Positions 29,304-37,256 of a stretch of 64,000 bases of DNA are shown one piece after another. The stretch comes from an uncultured Mycoplasmatota bacterium (GTDB taxonomy: Bacteria; Bacillota_I; Bacilli_A; RF39; UBA660). A model generated the notes under the pieces. It searched no databases. It saw nothing but the letters and a program-made list of their open reading frames with translations, and had not been told where the DNA came from. Position 1 is the stretch's first letter. Each line of letters starts with the position of its first letter. The stretch covers positions 15,201-79,200 of the forward strand of contig CANPIX010000001.1 in the NCBI GenBank assembly GCA_947574215.1, in the 5' to 3' direction. The translations under genes and the position numbers were made by a program.

Positions 29304-30587
29304 TTATCTAATTTTTCCCAACGAATCTTCCTCAATAGTATTTAAACGTTTTAAATCTTTTTCTGAGATTTGAATAACTTTTCCGCAACATGGATAAAAA
29401 TTTTTATTTCCATACACAATCCATATTATATTTTCATTTTTTAAATCTTCTTTAGGCATATTTCCAGGCCCAGGAATTCCATCCGTAAATACAATTTTAT
29501 TAATTTCTTTTTTCGCAGTAAAAGATCGTACCGCTAAATCCCAATCTTCTGTCCAAGCAAAATGAGAAGAATTTTCAGGAATTTCAAAATTATCAATATC
29601 TTTTGTTGATTTGATTTCTTTCCATCCCCAAAATTTTTCGTTAAAACATCCTACTTTTAATTTTGAATAGGAAAAAATGTTTTTTACGATTCTTAAGAAT
29701 GCTTTTACCAATTCTAAACTAACAGAGCCTGAAATATCAATCTGAACTTCCGTTTCACATTCTTCTTCTAAATCCGTTTCTTCTAAGCGATACGCATAAT
29801 TATTTTCTGCTATGCTTCTTCGTTGGCTCCAAATAATTTCTTCCTTTTCACTTTCTTTACGGAGCAAAAGTTCCCAATTAATTGTTTTTTCGCTTTCACC
29901 AACATTTCCTATTACCATAGAAGAAGACTTTTCTTCTTTCTTTTTTAAAACTCTTTCTTTCATTTGCTTATAATTTTGTTTGGCTTTTTGAAGTCGTTCT
30001 TGTCTATTTTCTGAAAATTCTTGATTTTCTTTTATTTCTTCAAACTCAAAATTATCTTCTAATTGCTCTTTTGCTTTTACAAACGCATCTTCCCATAAAC
30101 TATGATCACTTCCCGAAAACTCTTTTGCATTTGATTGGGTTTTCTTTTCTTTAATTAAAATCTCATAAAGTTCATCTGCTGAATAATTAAGTGCACCTGG
30201 AATATTCACATATCCTTGTTTTATTTTAAATCCATCTCTTTCTAGATTGGCATTAATAATGGCATCGGTTGCTTCGTTCCATACATCCAAATTTCTTTTT
30301 TTCTTATTATATTCTAAACGAAAAGGATGCCAAAACTTATTGTGCATTAACTCATGTGCTATTAAAAACAATCGATCGTTTTCATTCAATGTTTTCAAAT
30401 AATTTGGATCAATATATATTTTTTTACCATCCGTTGCAGCCGTATGATATTTTAAATGTTCATTAAATTCAAAAGAAGTATTTGCAATGTTACTTCCAAA
30501 ATGAGGATATTTTAAAAGTAATAATTGAATTGTCTCTTCTAATAATTTTTGTTCTTCCTTCATAAGTCTCCTAAAAAGCAACAACAC
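29304..30587 (-). CDS. HExxH putative metallopeptidase-like N-domain + VWA-like C-domain protein (DUF2201-type MoxR partner)
   Basis: HELMHNKFWHP...NEATDAIIN at the N-terminus. The C-terminal domain resembles VWA-like partners of MoxR ATPases. Overlaps the upstream ORF by 17 nt. Confidence 0.5.
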   Translation of the reverse strand: MLLLFRRLMKEEQKLLEETIQLLLLKYPHFGSNIANTSFEFNEHLKYHTAATDGKKIYIDPNYLKTLNENDRLFLIAHELMHNKFWHPFRLEYNKKKRNLDVWNEATDAIINANLERDGFKIKQGYVNIPGALNYSADELYEILIKEKKTQSNAKEFSGSDHSLWEDAFVKAKEQLEDNFEFEEIKENQEFSENRQERLQKAKQNYKQMKERVLKKKEEKSSSMVIGNVGESEKTINWELLLRKESEKEEIIWSQRRSIAENNYAYRLEETDLEEECETEVQIDISGSVSLELVKAFLRIVKNIFSYSKLKVGCFNEKFWGWKEIKSTKDIDNFEIPENSSHFAWTEDWDLAVRSFTAKKEINKIVFTDGIPGPGNMPKEDLKNENIIWIVYGNKNFYPCCGKVIQISEKDLKRLNTIEEDSLGKIR

Positions 30588-30960
30588 TAAAATGATACAA
30601 ATCTTCTGAAATATTTTTTATATTTTCTTGACATTGAATAGTAAAGACAACAATTACATTTTCAGGAAGCGTATAGCCATGAAATTCACGATTTTTTATC
30701 AAATTTATAAAACGATTTTGTTCTTCTTTTTTAATTTGATCTATTAAACGAATAACAAAATATGTGATACTCCCATTACTTGAAACTCGATCCAATTGTT
30801 TTTGAAAAAGAGGTTCACCAAAAGGAGTTCCGATCAAATAAGGATCTTTTATTTTGGCATCCATAAACACCGTTTGACCTAAATCCCTATAAAACTCGTC
30901 TAATATAATAACACAAGTACTATTTACTCCCTTTTGTAATTCAATTAATTCTTTATTCAT
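30571..30960 (-). CDS. hypothetical protein, translationally coupled between the AAA ATPase and the VWA-like protein
   Basis: ORF overlapping both neighbours by 4 nt and 17 nt. Confidence 0.4.
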   Translation of the reverse strand: MNKELIELQKGVNSTCVIILDEFYRDLGQTVFMDAKIKDPYLIGTPFGEPLFQKQLDRVSSNGSITYFVIRLIDQIKKEEQNRFINLIKNREFHGYTLPENVIVVFTIQCQENIKNISEDLYHFSVVAF

Positions 30961-33044
30961 CGGCTAACACCTTCTTTTATTTCTAACGATTCCATATTTT
31001 CTCGTTCTTTTAATTCATAAATAAATTCCATTCTCTTTTCGTCTTTTCCAATCCAACACAAATCGTATAAATCTCGATATTCAGGATCACAATATTCTTT
31101 TATAAATTTCCGACATTCCGCCACTTCCAATTCGTTTGCAAATAAAAGTGCAGAAACCAAAGCGTATCTTTCATTACTATCTCTAGGCAAATCAGTTTGA
31201 GTGTAATTTTTATTAACTACATCTTCCACCGAAAGTGTCATTTGATTGTAATAAGAAAAAAATTCTTCTGCCCAATACTCACGAAGCTTAGTGTGTATTG
31301 AAATTTTTAAAATATCTTCTACATCTTTTCCACTATATTTTCCCGCTTTTAAATTTTTTTCAAAAAGATAAAGTGTATTAGAAATGGAAACCCATCCACG
31401 AGGATCATTGGTTCTTCCTTTGCATCCCCATTTATCTAGTTGCTCTTCTCCTACTTCTGGTTCTTCATAAAAGTAGGAAATATCTTCTATTCTTTCACTT
31501 TTTCCAGTGCTTAAATACTTAGACAAAATATAATGGATAACCTGAGGGTGAACTTTGTTTGGTATAGCGAATTCAAAAAGCCATTCTCCCACCTTCGGCT
31601 CCATATCAAAAATGTGATCAAAACGTTTTTCTAATGGTTCGGCAAGATCTTGTGCAATGTTAGAGTATTTTTTTTGATTACCCGTTGCCACAATAACGAC
31701 ATTTTCTGGAAGTTTTAAACCTCCATTCATTTCTATCAAACGATTCAAAACCAAAGTATAAACAAGTCCTTGTACTGTTGGCTTTACATTTAGTAGTTCA
31801 TCCAATAGAAGAACAATCTTTTTTTCATTTTTTTTACTTCTTTCATACAAAGTATCAGCTAAATCATTTAAATTTTGGATATTTTCTTGAATTAATTTTT
31901 TTTCTTCTTCACTTGCACATCTTAACATAGCTTCTTTGTAAAAATCTGGAGGTATGCTTTGACCCGTTTGTAGATTTATAGATCCAACTACTTTTTCTGG
32001 AAACATATTGTTTGTTAATTTCAGATAAATTAAATCAGGATAAAGTGATTTTATTCTTTCTGTCTTTCCAATTCCAGATGGTCCACGCAAAAGTACAGAT
32101 TGTCCTGATTCAATCCAATTGTGTATAAGCTCTGTATCTGTCATTTTAACTCTTTCTTCTGCTTTGGTTTCATCTGGGTTCATTTTTTGTAATCTCGTTT
32201 TTCTTGGTTCTTTACTTGACTCTATTGTTTTTGCTACTTGGAAGTTTTTTGGAACGTTTACTACTTTAGCAAAATATTGATCCAAAAATTTTTTAATATT
32301 GGTATTATTAAAATCTCCTTTGTAATTTCTTTCTTTATTAAATTGAACACCAGAAAACAAAATAATTTTGGCAAGAGCTATATTTTCTTTTTCAGAAATC
32401 AGCCATTTTATCGGTTCTACTTCTATCCAATAAGGTTTTCCCTCTTTTATGGCTTCTCCATTCGATAAAGTTTGTTCTTTTCCATTAGAATCTCCTATAA
32501 ATCGAATGTATTTTTTATCATTATAAAAATACGTATCAAAAGTACGCAACTTAAAATCCGTATCGTATTTGTCATAAGCTATAGAATCAGCAGGATATTT
32601 TACTTCAGTTTTTAGAAGTTTTCCCCTTTTAAAGTTTTTTTCTAATTCTTTTTCTACGGCTTTAGAAACAACTGTTTGTGGCCATTCAAAGCATTCTACT
32701 TCAACAACTCCGTTTGCCCCTCTCACTTCGTTCGAGGAGATGGATTGGATTACTGAGTAAGGTAAAGCTGGACGACACCCAACTTTCCTATAATGAACAT
32801 TATACCAATGACTATCTCCAATCGAGTCAACCGCGCAGGCATCGTTATCTACAGGTGTTTTGCTCCACCACCAGCCAGTTCGATTTTTTAAATGTTCTTC
32901 TTCATTTGTATAAAAAAAATCTGATACTGCTCCTCCTAATAAAATAGAAAAATCAGATATAGCACACTTTGTCCCATATTTTTTTAGCACTTCTAATTGC
33001 TTTTCTCCAAATATTTGTTCTTCTGTTAAAAATGTAAAATCCAT
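30957..33044 (-). CDS. DGR target protein: N-terminal C-type-lectin-like variable domain fused to a MoxR/AAA_5 ATPase
   Basis: AAA_5 motifs: Walker A LLRGPSGIGKTERI, Walker B LLLDELLNV, and sensor VATGNQ. Residues ~75-100 are encoded by the VR. A WWWSKT...VGCRPAL signature resembles DUF1566/FGE-type CLec targets. Confidence 0.75.
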   Translation of the reverse strand: MDFTFLTEEQIFGEKQLEVLKKYGTKCAISDFSILLGGAVSDFFYTNEEEHLKNRTGWWWSKTPVDNDACAVDSIGDSHWYNVHYRKVGCRPALPYSVIQSISSNEVRGANGVVEVECFEWPQTVVSKAVEKELEKNFKRGKLLKTEVKYPADSIAYDKYDTDFKLRTFDTYFYNDKKYIRFIGDSNGKEQTLSNGEAIKEGKPYWIEVEPIKWLISEKENIALAKIILFSGVQFNKERNYKGDFNNTNIKKFLDQYFAKVVNVPKNFQVAKTIESSKEPRKTRLQKMNPDETKAEERVKMTDTELIHNWIESGQSVLLRGPSGIGKTERIKSLYPDLIYLKLTNNMFPEKVVGSINLQTGQSIPPDFYKEAMLRCASEEEKKLIQENIQNLNDLADTLYERSKKNEKKIVLLLDELLNVKPTVQGLVYTLVLNRLIEMNGGLKLPENVVIVATGNQKKYSNIAQDLAEPLEKRFDHIFDMEPKVGEWLFEFAIPNKVHPQVIHYILSKYLSTGKSERIEDISYFYEEPEVGEEQLDKWGCKGRTNDPRGWVSISNTLYLFEKNLKAGKYSGKDVEDILKISIHTKLREYWAEEFFSYYNQMTLSVEDVVNKNYTQTDLPRDSNERYALVSALLFANELEVAECRKFIKEYCDPEYRDLYDLCWIGKDEKRMEFIYELKERENMESLEIKEGVSR
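32765..32838 (-). repeat. DGR variable repeat (VR) inside the target gene
   Basis: A 74-bp match to 34355-34428. 11 of 12 mismatches occur where the TR coding strand has A. Confidence 0.8.
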
Positions 33045-33119
33045 ATGACACTCACCTTTATTTTAATAATAACACAAATTGTAATTTTTTGGTATTTTCT
33101 TAGTACTTTGACATTTTTT

Positions 33120-34142
33120 TTACATTTTGGGATGTACTTTTTCTATAAACTTCTTACTTTCTTGTGTTTTTTTCACATGGTTATAAAAAGCATTTTTTCT
33201 CTCATAAACATATTTTTCATCGACTATTTTTTTCTCATACAACTTATCGATCGTTTTTAGATGTTTTTTCATTCGCTTTTTAGAAGATTGTCTTAATTTA
33301 ACTATAATTTTTCCGTTTTCTTTTACAATATGACGATATCCTAAAAAATCAATACCATTTTGAACGCAACCAATTTGCGTTTTTTCGTTTAAATTTAAAT
33401 CCAAATTTTTTCTACACATCTCTTCTATTTTTGTTTTACAATCTTTTAAAAACGCTTTCTCACAATGGATCAAAATCATATCATCCATATAACGAATATA
33501 ATGTTTCACTTGTAATCTTTCTTTTATCAAACGATCTATACCATTTAAATAAAATAAAGCAAACCATTGACTTGATTGATTTCCTAATGGTAGACCCTTA
33601 TTTACGTTATTGGGCTGTTCTTGGATCAATTTTTGAATCATCCAAATTTCATCCAAAGAAAAATCTAATTTCTCCAAAAGTTTTAATAAAATTGTGTGAT
33701 TTATACTTGGAAAATATTTTTTTATATCACACTTTAAAAAGTAAAACTGGTTACTTCCTTTTTTTCTATATTCTTTTTTTAAAAACAAATGCAAACGTTG
33801 AATCGCAAAATTGATACCTTTTCCTTTCTGACAAGCAACATTATCGTAAATTAATCTCTTTTCTAATTTTGGTTTTAAAGAATAATCACAAAAACAACGC
33901 ACTACCACTCGATCTTTAAAGGGAAGCGCTTCAATTAATCTTTCTTTTGGTTCATAAATTAAAAATTGTTTGTATTTTCCTAACTTGTATTTTCTGGTTG
34001 TAATTTCTTCTATAATTTTATAAATATTCATAGCCAGATTAATTTCAAACCGAATAACTTCTCCTTTATGTTGCTTCCCTTTTCGACAATGTTTATAGGA
34101 AAGATAAATATTTTCAAAAGTAAATATTTCTTCTAACTTCAT
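33120..34142 (-). CDS. DGR-type reverse transcriptase
   Basis: RT motifs including YMDD (YIRYMDDMILIH) and the DGR-characteristic LPLGNQSSQ. 340 aa. TR lies immediately upstream. Confidence 0.85.
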   Translation of the reverse strand: MKLEEIFTFENIYLSYKHCRKGKQHKGEVIRFEINLAMNIYKIIEEITTRKYKLGKYKQFLIYEPKERLIEALPFKDRVVVRCFCDYSLKPKLEKRLIYDNVACQKGKGINFAIQRLHLFLKKEYRKKGSNQFYFLKCDIKKYFPSINHTILLKLLEKLDFSLDEIWMIQKLIQEQPNNVNKGLPLGNQSSQWFALFYLNGIDRLIKERLQVKHYIRYMDDMILIHCEKAFLKDCKTKIEEMCRKNLDLNLNEKTQIGCVQNGIDFLGYRHIVKENGKIIVKLRQSSKKRMKKHLKTIDKLYEKKIVDEKYVYERKNAFYNHVKKTQESKKFIEKVHPKM

Positions 34143-34354
34143 AAATCTCCTTAAAAAAGAAACACTCTTTTCAATGTTCCAAAAAAATATTTCGTTGGTT
34201 CATCTAGAGTGTTTTTTATTCTTCTATTGCTTATTTAAAAAACGTAGCCAATAGAAAAGAAGAAAATTCCTTCACCTTACAATATTGATTTATTTTTCTT
34301 AAAATAAATTTCTCAAATTTGTTTTTTGGATTTTACAAAATCCCTTCAAAAGTG

Positions 34355-34428
34355 AATCTGGACGAGACCCAACTTTCCTATTATTAACATTATTCCAATT
34401 TCTATTTCCATTTTAGTTAACCGCGCAG
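34355..34428 (-). repeat. DGR template repeat (TR), intergenic between avd-like gene and RT
   Basis: Non-coding copy of the VR. In the VR reading frame it is dominated by AAT/AAC codons: aac, aat, aat, aat, aat, aat, aat, aat. Confidence 0.8.
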
Positions 34429-34476
34429 CAAAACGCCTCAAAAAAGAGGGCCTCACAAAATAAATTTTCTTCTTAA

Positions 34477-35070
34477 TTAAAGGCTTTTCAACCTAAAATC
34501 CTTATTTTTAAATCTTTCATCATCACTTTTTTTCCAAGCACCTATTAAATTGATACTCTTAGCAATTTGTTTTGCTATTTGTTTGTATTGCCGTTTTAAA
34601 ATACATCCAGATGATTCTGCTAACATAGAAATATAGCCAAGTAGTTTCAATTTAATAATGGCATCTTTTTGTAAATTCTCTCTTTGGATTTTGTTTTCTT
34701 TTGAATCCATTCGAATAAAGTTTGCTTCTAACAAAAGTTCTAAAGTATCTAAACAATAATTTTGCATGCGGTTTACAAAAACCCCACGAAACTTTTTAGG
34801 AGATTTTTCGGTGACTACCAAAACATACGCGCCTAATTTTTTAATCTGAGTAATCACAATTAAATCGTTGGCATTAAATGGAATTTTTTCTATTTGTTTT
34901 AATTCCTCGTCAGCTAAAATAAATTCTTCTTTTTCTTTATATTTTTCATTATTTGCCTTACATATTTCCTTTTTTACTGCCAATATATCTTCTTTTGTAT
35001 TCAAATTTTCTTCCATATCCAAAACAATTTTAGGAATTTTTAAATTGTTTGCTCTACTAACTTGCAACAC
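34477..35070 (-). CDS. avd: Avd-like accessory variability determinant (four-helix-bundle family), with N-terminal extension or internal start
   Basis: The C-terminal ~130 aa resemble the Avd/four-helix-bundle family: SPKKFRGVFVNRMQNY ~ PKEE+YGLTSQ+RRAA, and LKLLGYIS...QIAKSINLIGAWKKS ~ AKDLGYI...ISKMLNGLIKSL. Basic. Ends 49 nt before TR. Confidence 0.55.
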   Translation of the reverse strand: MLQVSRANNLKIPKIVLDMEENLNTKEDILAVKKEICKANNEKYKEKEEFILADEELKQIEKIPFNANDLIVITQIKKLGAYVLVVTEKSPKKFRGVFVNRMQNYCLDTLELLLEANFIRMDSKENKIQRENLQKDAIIKLKLLGYISMLAESSGCILKRQYKQIAKQIAKSINLIGAWKKSDDERFKNKDFRLKSL

Positions 35071-35093
35071 AATACCACTACCTTATTTTTTTT

Positions 35094-35102
35094 ATTATAG
35101 CA
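35094..35102 (-). promoter_or_regulatory. extended -10 (TGCTATAAT) candidate promoter for the DGR operon
   Basis: Minus-strand TGnTATAAT about 25 nt upstream of the avd ORF. No strong -35 element. Confidence 0.3.
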
Positions 35103-35150
35103 AAAAAAAATAGAAGTTTCATCTACTTTATTAAAAATAAATTTTGTTTT

Positions 35151-35603
35151 TTAATCTTCTATTTGAACATATCTTTTTTCTGGAAGTTCTTTTTCCTTTT
35201 CTTTTTTAGGGATAGTAAGAGTTAAAGTACCATTTTTAAATGAAGCTTTTACTTCTTCTGTTGTAACATTTTTTCCTACATAAAAACTTCTTGAACATTC
35301 TCCAAAATATCTTTCACGTCTTACAAAAAAATCTTTTTCTTCTTTTTGATTTTCTTGATTAATTGACGCTTGAATTGTTAGATACCCTTCTTCCACTTCA
35401 ATTTTAATATTTTCTTTTAGATAGCCAGGTAAATCTACTAGAATGGAATAAAAATTTTCGTTCTCTATAATATCGGTTTTCATTATTTTTGCTTCCGGTT
35501 TGTTTAAAAATGGGTCTTTAAATAAATCATCCCACAAATCAAAATCATTTTTTCTTGGTATCAACATTATACAAAATCCATCCTTTCTAGTACTAGAATA
35601 CAC
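35151..35603 (-). CDS. Hsp20/alpha-crystallin family small heat-shock protein
   Basis: ACD-like core (ILVDLPGY...FFVRRERYFGECSRSF...NGTLTLTIPK). Confidence 0.8.
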   Translation of the reverse strand: MYSSTRKDGFCIMLIPRKNDFDLWDDLFKDPFLNKPEAKIMKTDIIENENFYSILVDLPGYLKENIKIEVEEGYLTIQASINQENQKEEKDFFVRRERYFGECSRSFYVGKNVTTEEVKASFKNGTLTLTIPKKEKEKELPEKRYVQIED

Positions 35604-35661
35604 AATCTCTCAAAAAATTATGCAAAGGCTTTTATAAAAAAAATTACGAAATCTTTCGTAA

Positions 35662-37209
35662 TTATTCTTTTGGCAAAGTTAGTAAATAATAAGTCTCGTA
35701 TTTTTTAGCATTTTTTATTATCAATTTTTCTCCATTGTATGCATACAATTTGTTTTTATATACTTTTAAATGATCAAATTTATAGGCAAGAATGCTTTTA
35801 TGATTTTTGGCATTTCGATCTCTAGTACCATCATAATATACCATATATTTTCCACTACTCAAATATTCTAAATCTGTAATTAAAACATCGCCTTCTTTGG
35901 TAGATGTAACAATTCTTAAAGTATTTGGAATTTTAGCGCTTACATTTTTCATAAAATCGTCGTATGCTTTTTTATTAATTACTTTGTCTTTTTCTATTAC
36001 ATAATTGCCGTCTTTTTTCGCATCTTGAATAGAAAAATCATCTGAAAGCAATTCTAATTTTTTAAATTTTGTATCAATATCACAAGAGTTTCCAATACCG
36101 TATGTTATCGAAATTTGATTTAAAAACAATCCTTTTTTTATGCTATGTTCTGTAATCGTATAATTTTCTTTTGAATTGTAATAATAATTTTTTCCATCAC
36201 AATTTAAAAGTTCATAATGGCTTATTATTTCATCCATTTCTTTTTTTAAAGCTTTTACACTTCTTGGGGTGCTAAATGTTGCATTGTAATTACAGCATTC
36301 TTCTTTTAATTTTACAAATTTAGGTATATCTAAAATTTTGTTAGAAGCTTCGGATTTATAAGTGCTTATCCCATACGGAAGCTTTAATAAAATAGAACTT
36401 ATCAGACAAAAAATTGCAATGAATAAAAGGATTTTTCTTGTTTTTTTGAAATTCTTTTTTTGTTCCGAAAGATTTTCTTGCAATTTTTTTTCTTGTGTTT
36501 TTTCTTTTTTATCAGAAGAAATATTTTTTTTCTCTAACTTTTTAACTGGGTCTTTTTTTATTTTGGATTGTAAAAAATTTTTAAAATGCAATGCATTTGT
36601 TTTTATACTTTTCCCTATAAATTTTGTAATTTGTTTGGTTTGTTTTCCTATATTTTTTTTATATTTTTTGAAATGAATCCCTAATTTTTTAGAACGGATT
36701 TTTATAGTTTTAACAAAATCTTTACTTATTTTTTTTACTTGTTTTTGAAGCGTTGACCAAATTCTTTTCCCAATCTTTTCTTTTGAAATTTTATTAGAAG
36801 AAACTGCTTTTCCTACTTTTTTTTGAGTGGATACAATTTTTTTAATCGGTTTTACTTCTTTTTTTTCCACTTTCTTTTCTTTATTTGGTGTTCCTTTTTT
36901 AGAAGAGAGTTCCTTTTTATTTGTTGATTTTGTAGAGGATTTTTTTTCGCTTAAATTTATTTTGTTTGAAGTTGTTTTTTTGGTTGTTTTAGAAGACGTT
37001 CCTTTTTTTGGAGTAGAAGGTTTTGCCTTTGTAGTAGTACTTTTACCTGTAGAAGGATTTGTCTTTTTTACTGTTGTTGACTTCTTTTTCGGTGCTGAAG
37101 ATGGCTTTGCAGTTGTTATTGAATTTGCTTTTTTAGTGGAACTCGTTGTTGTCTTCTTTACATTTTTAGAAGTGGTTTTTGTTTTGCTTTCCGTTTTCTT
37201 TTCTGCCAT
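35662..37209 (-). CDS. membrane protein with ~260-aa Lys/Ser/Thr-rich basic N-terminal tail, single TM and ~230-aa C-terminal extracytoplasmic domain
   Basis: Extreme K/T/S low-complexity region, then TM helix ILLFIAIFCLISSILL, then a globular C-domain. Confidence 0.5.
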   Translation of the reverse strand: MAEKKTESKTKTTSKNVKKTTTSSTKKANSITTAKPSSAPKKKSTTVKKTNPSTGKSTTTKAKPSTPKKGTSSKTTKKTTSNKINLSEKKSSTKSTNKKELSSKKGTPNKEKKVEKKEVKPIKKIVSTQKKVGKAVSSNKISKEKIGKRIWSTLQKQVKKISKDFVKTIKIRSKKLGIHFKKYKKNIGKQTKQITKFIGKSIKTNALHFKNFLQSKIKKDPVKKLEKKNISSDKKEKTQEKKLQENLSEQKKNFKKTRKILLFIAIFCLISSILLKLPYGISTYKSEASNKILDIPKFVKLKEECCNYNATFSTPRSVKALKKEMDEIISHYELLNCDGKNYYYNSKENYTITEHSIKKGLFLNQISITYGIGNSCDIDTKFKKLELLSDDFSIQDAKKDGNYVIEKDKVINKKAYDDFMKNVSAKIPNTLRIVTSTKEGDVLITDLEYLSSGKYMVYYDGTRDRNAKNHKSILAYKFDHLKVYKNKLYAYNGEKLIIKNAKKYETYYLLTLPKE

Positions 37210-37256
37210 TTGATATCACCGTCATTTCTTTTAAAGGTATTATAAAAAAAAGAAAG

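Larger units (their letters stand above)
30957..35102 (-). mobile_element. diversity-generating retroelement cassette (avd - TR - RT - target with VR)
   Basis: Co-linear Avd-like gene, TR, RT with DGR-type motifs, and a target gene whose VR mismatches are adenine-specific. Confidence 0.8.

Noticed and set aside
30957-33044. Whether the VR-containing N-terminal domain and the AAA ATPase are separate genes, as a conventional small C-terminal-VR target would be
   Set aside because: There is no in-frame stop or plausible internal start/RBS between residue 100 and the Walker A motif. The frame is continuous for 695 codons. Kept as one gene but flagged for verification.
33045-33260. Plus-strand 71-aa ORF between target gene and RT, and other antisense ORFs (e.g. 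1526-1729, 2333-2629, 8818-9060, 11209-11421, 15531-15758, 16137-16358, 25711-25953, 28110-28406, 32238-32468, 32678-32947, 33431-33814, 36362-36676, 36827-37213, 59951-60199)
   Set aside because: They lie antisense within well-supported genes or in AT-rich spacers. They have low-complexity, Phe/Leu/Ile/Ser-rich composition typical of spurious frames, and no ribosome-binding sites.
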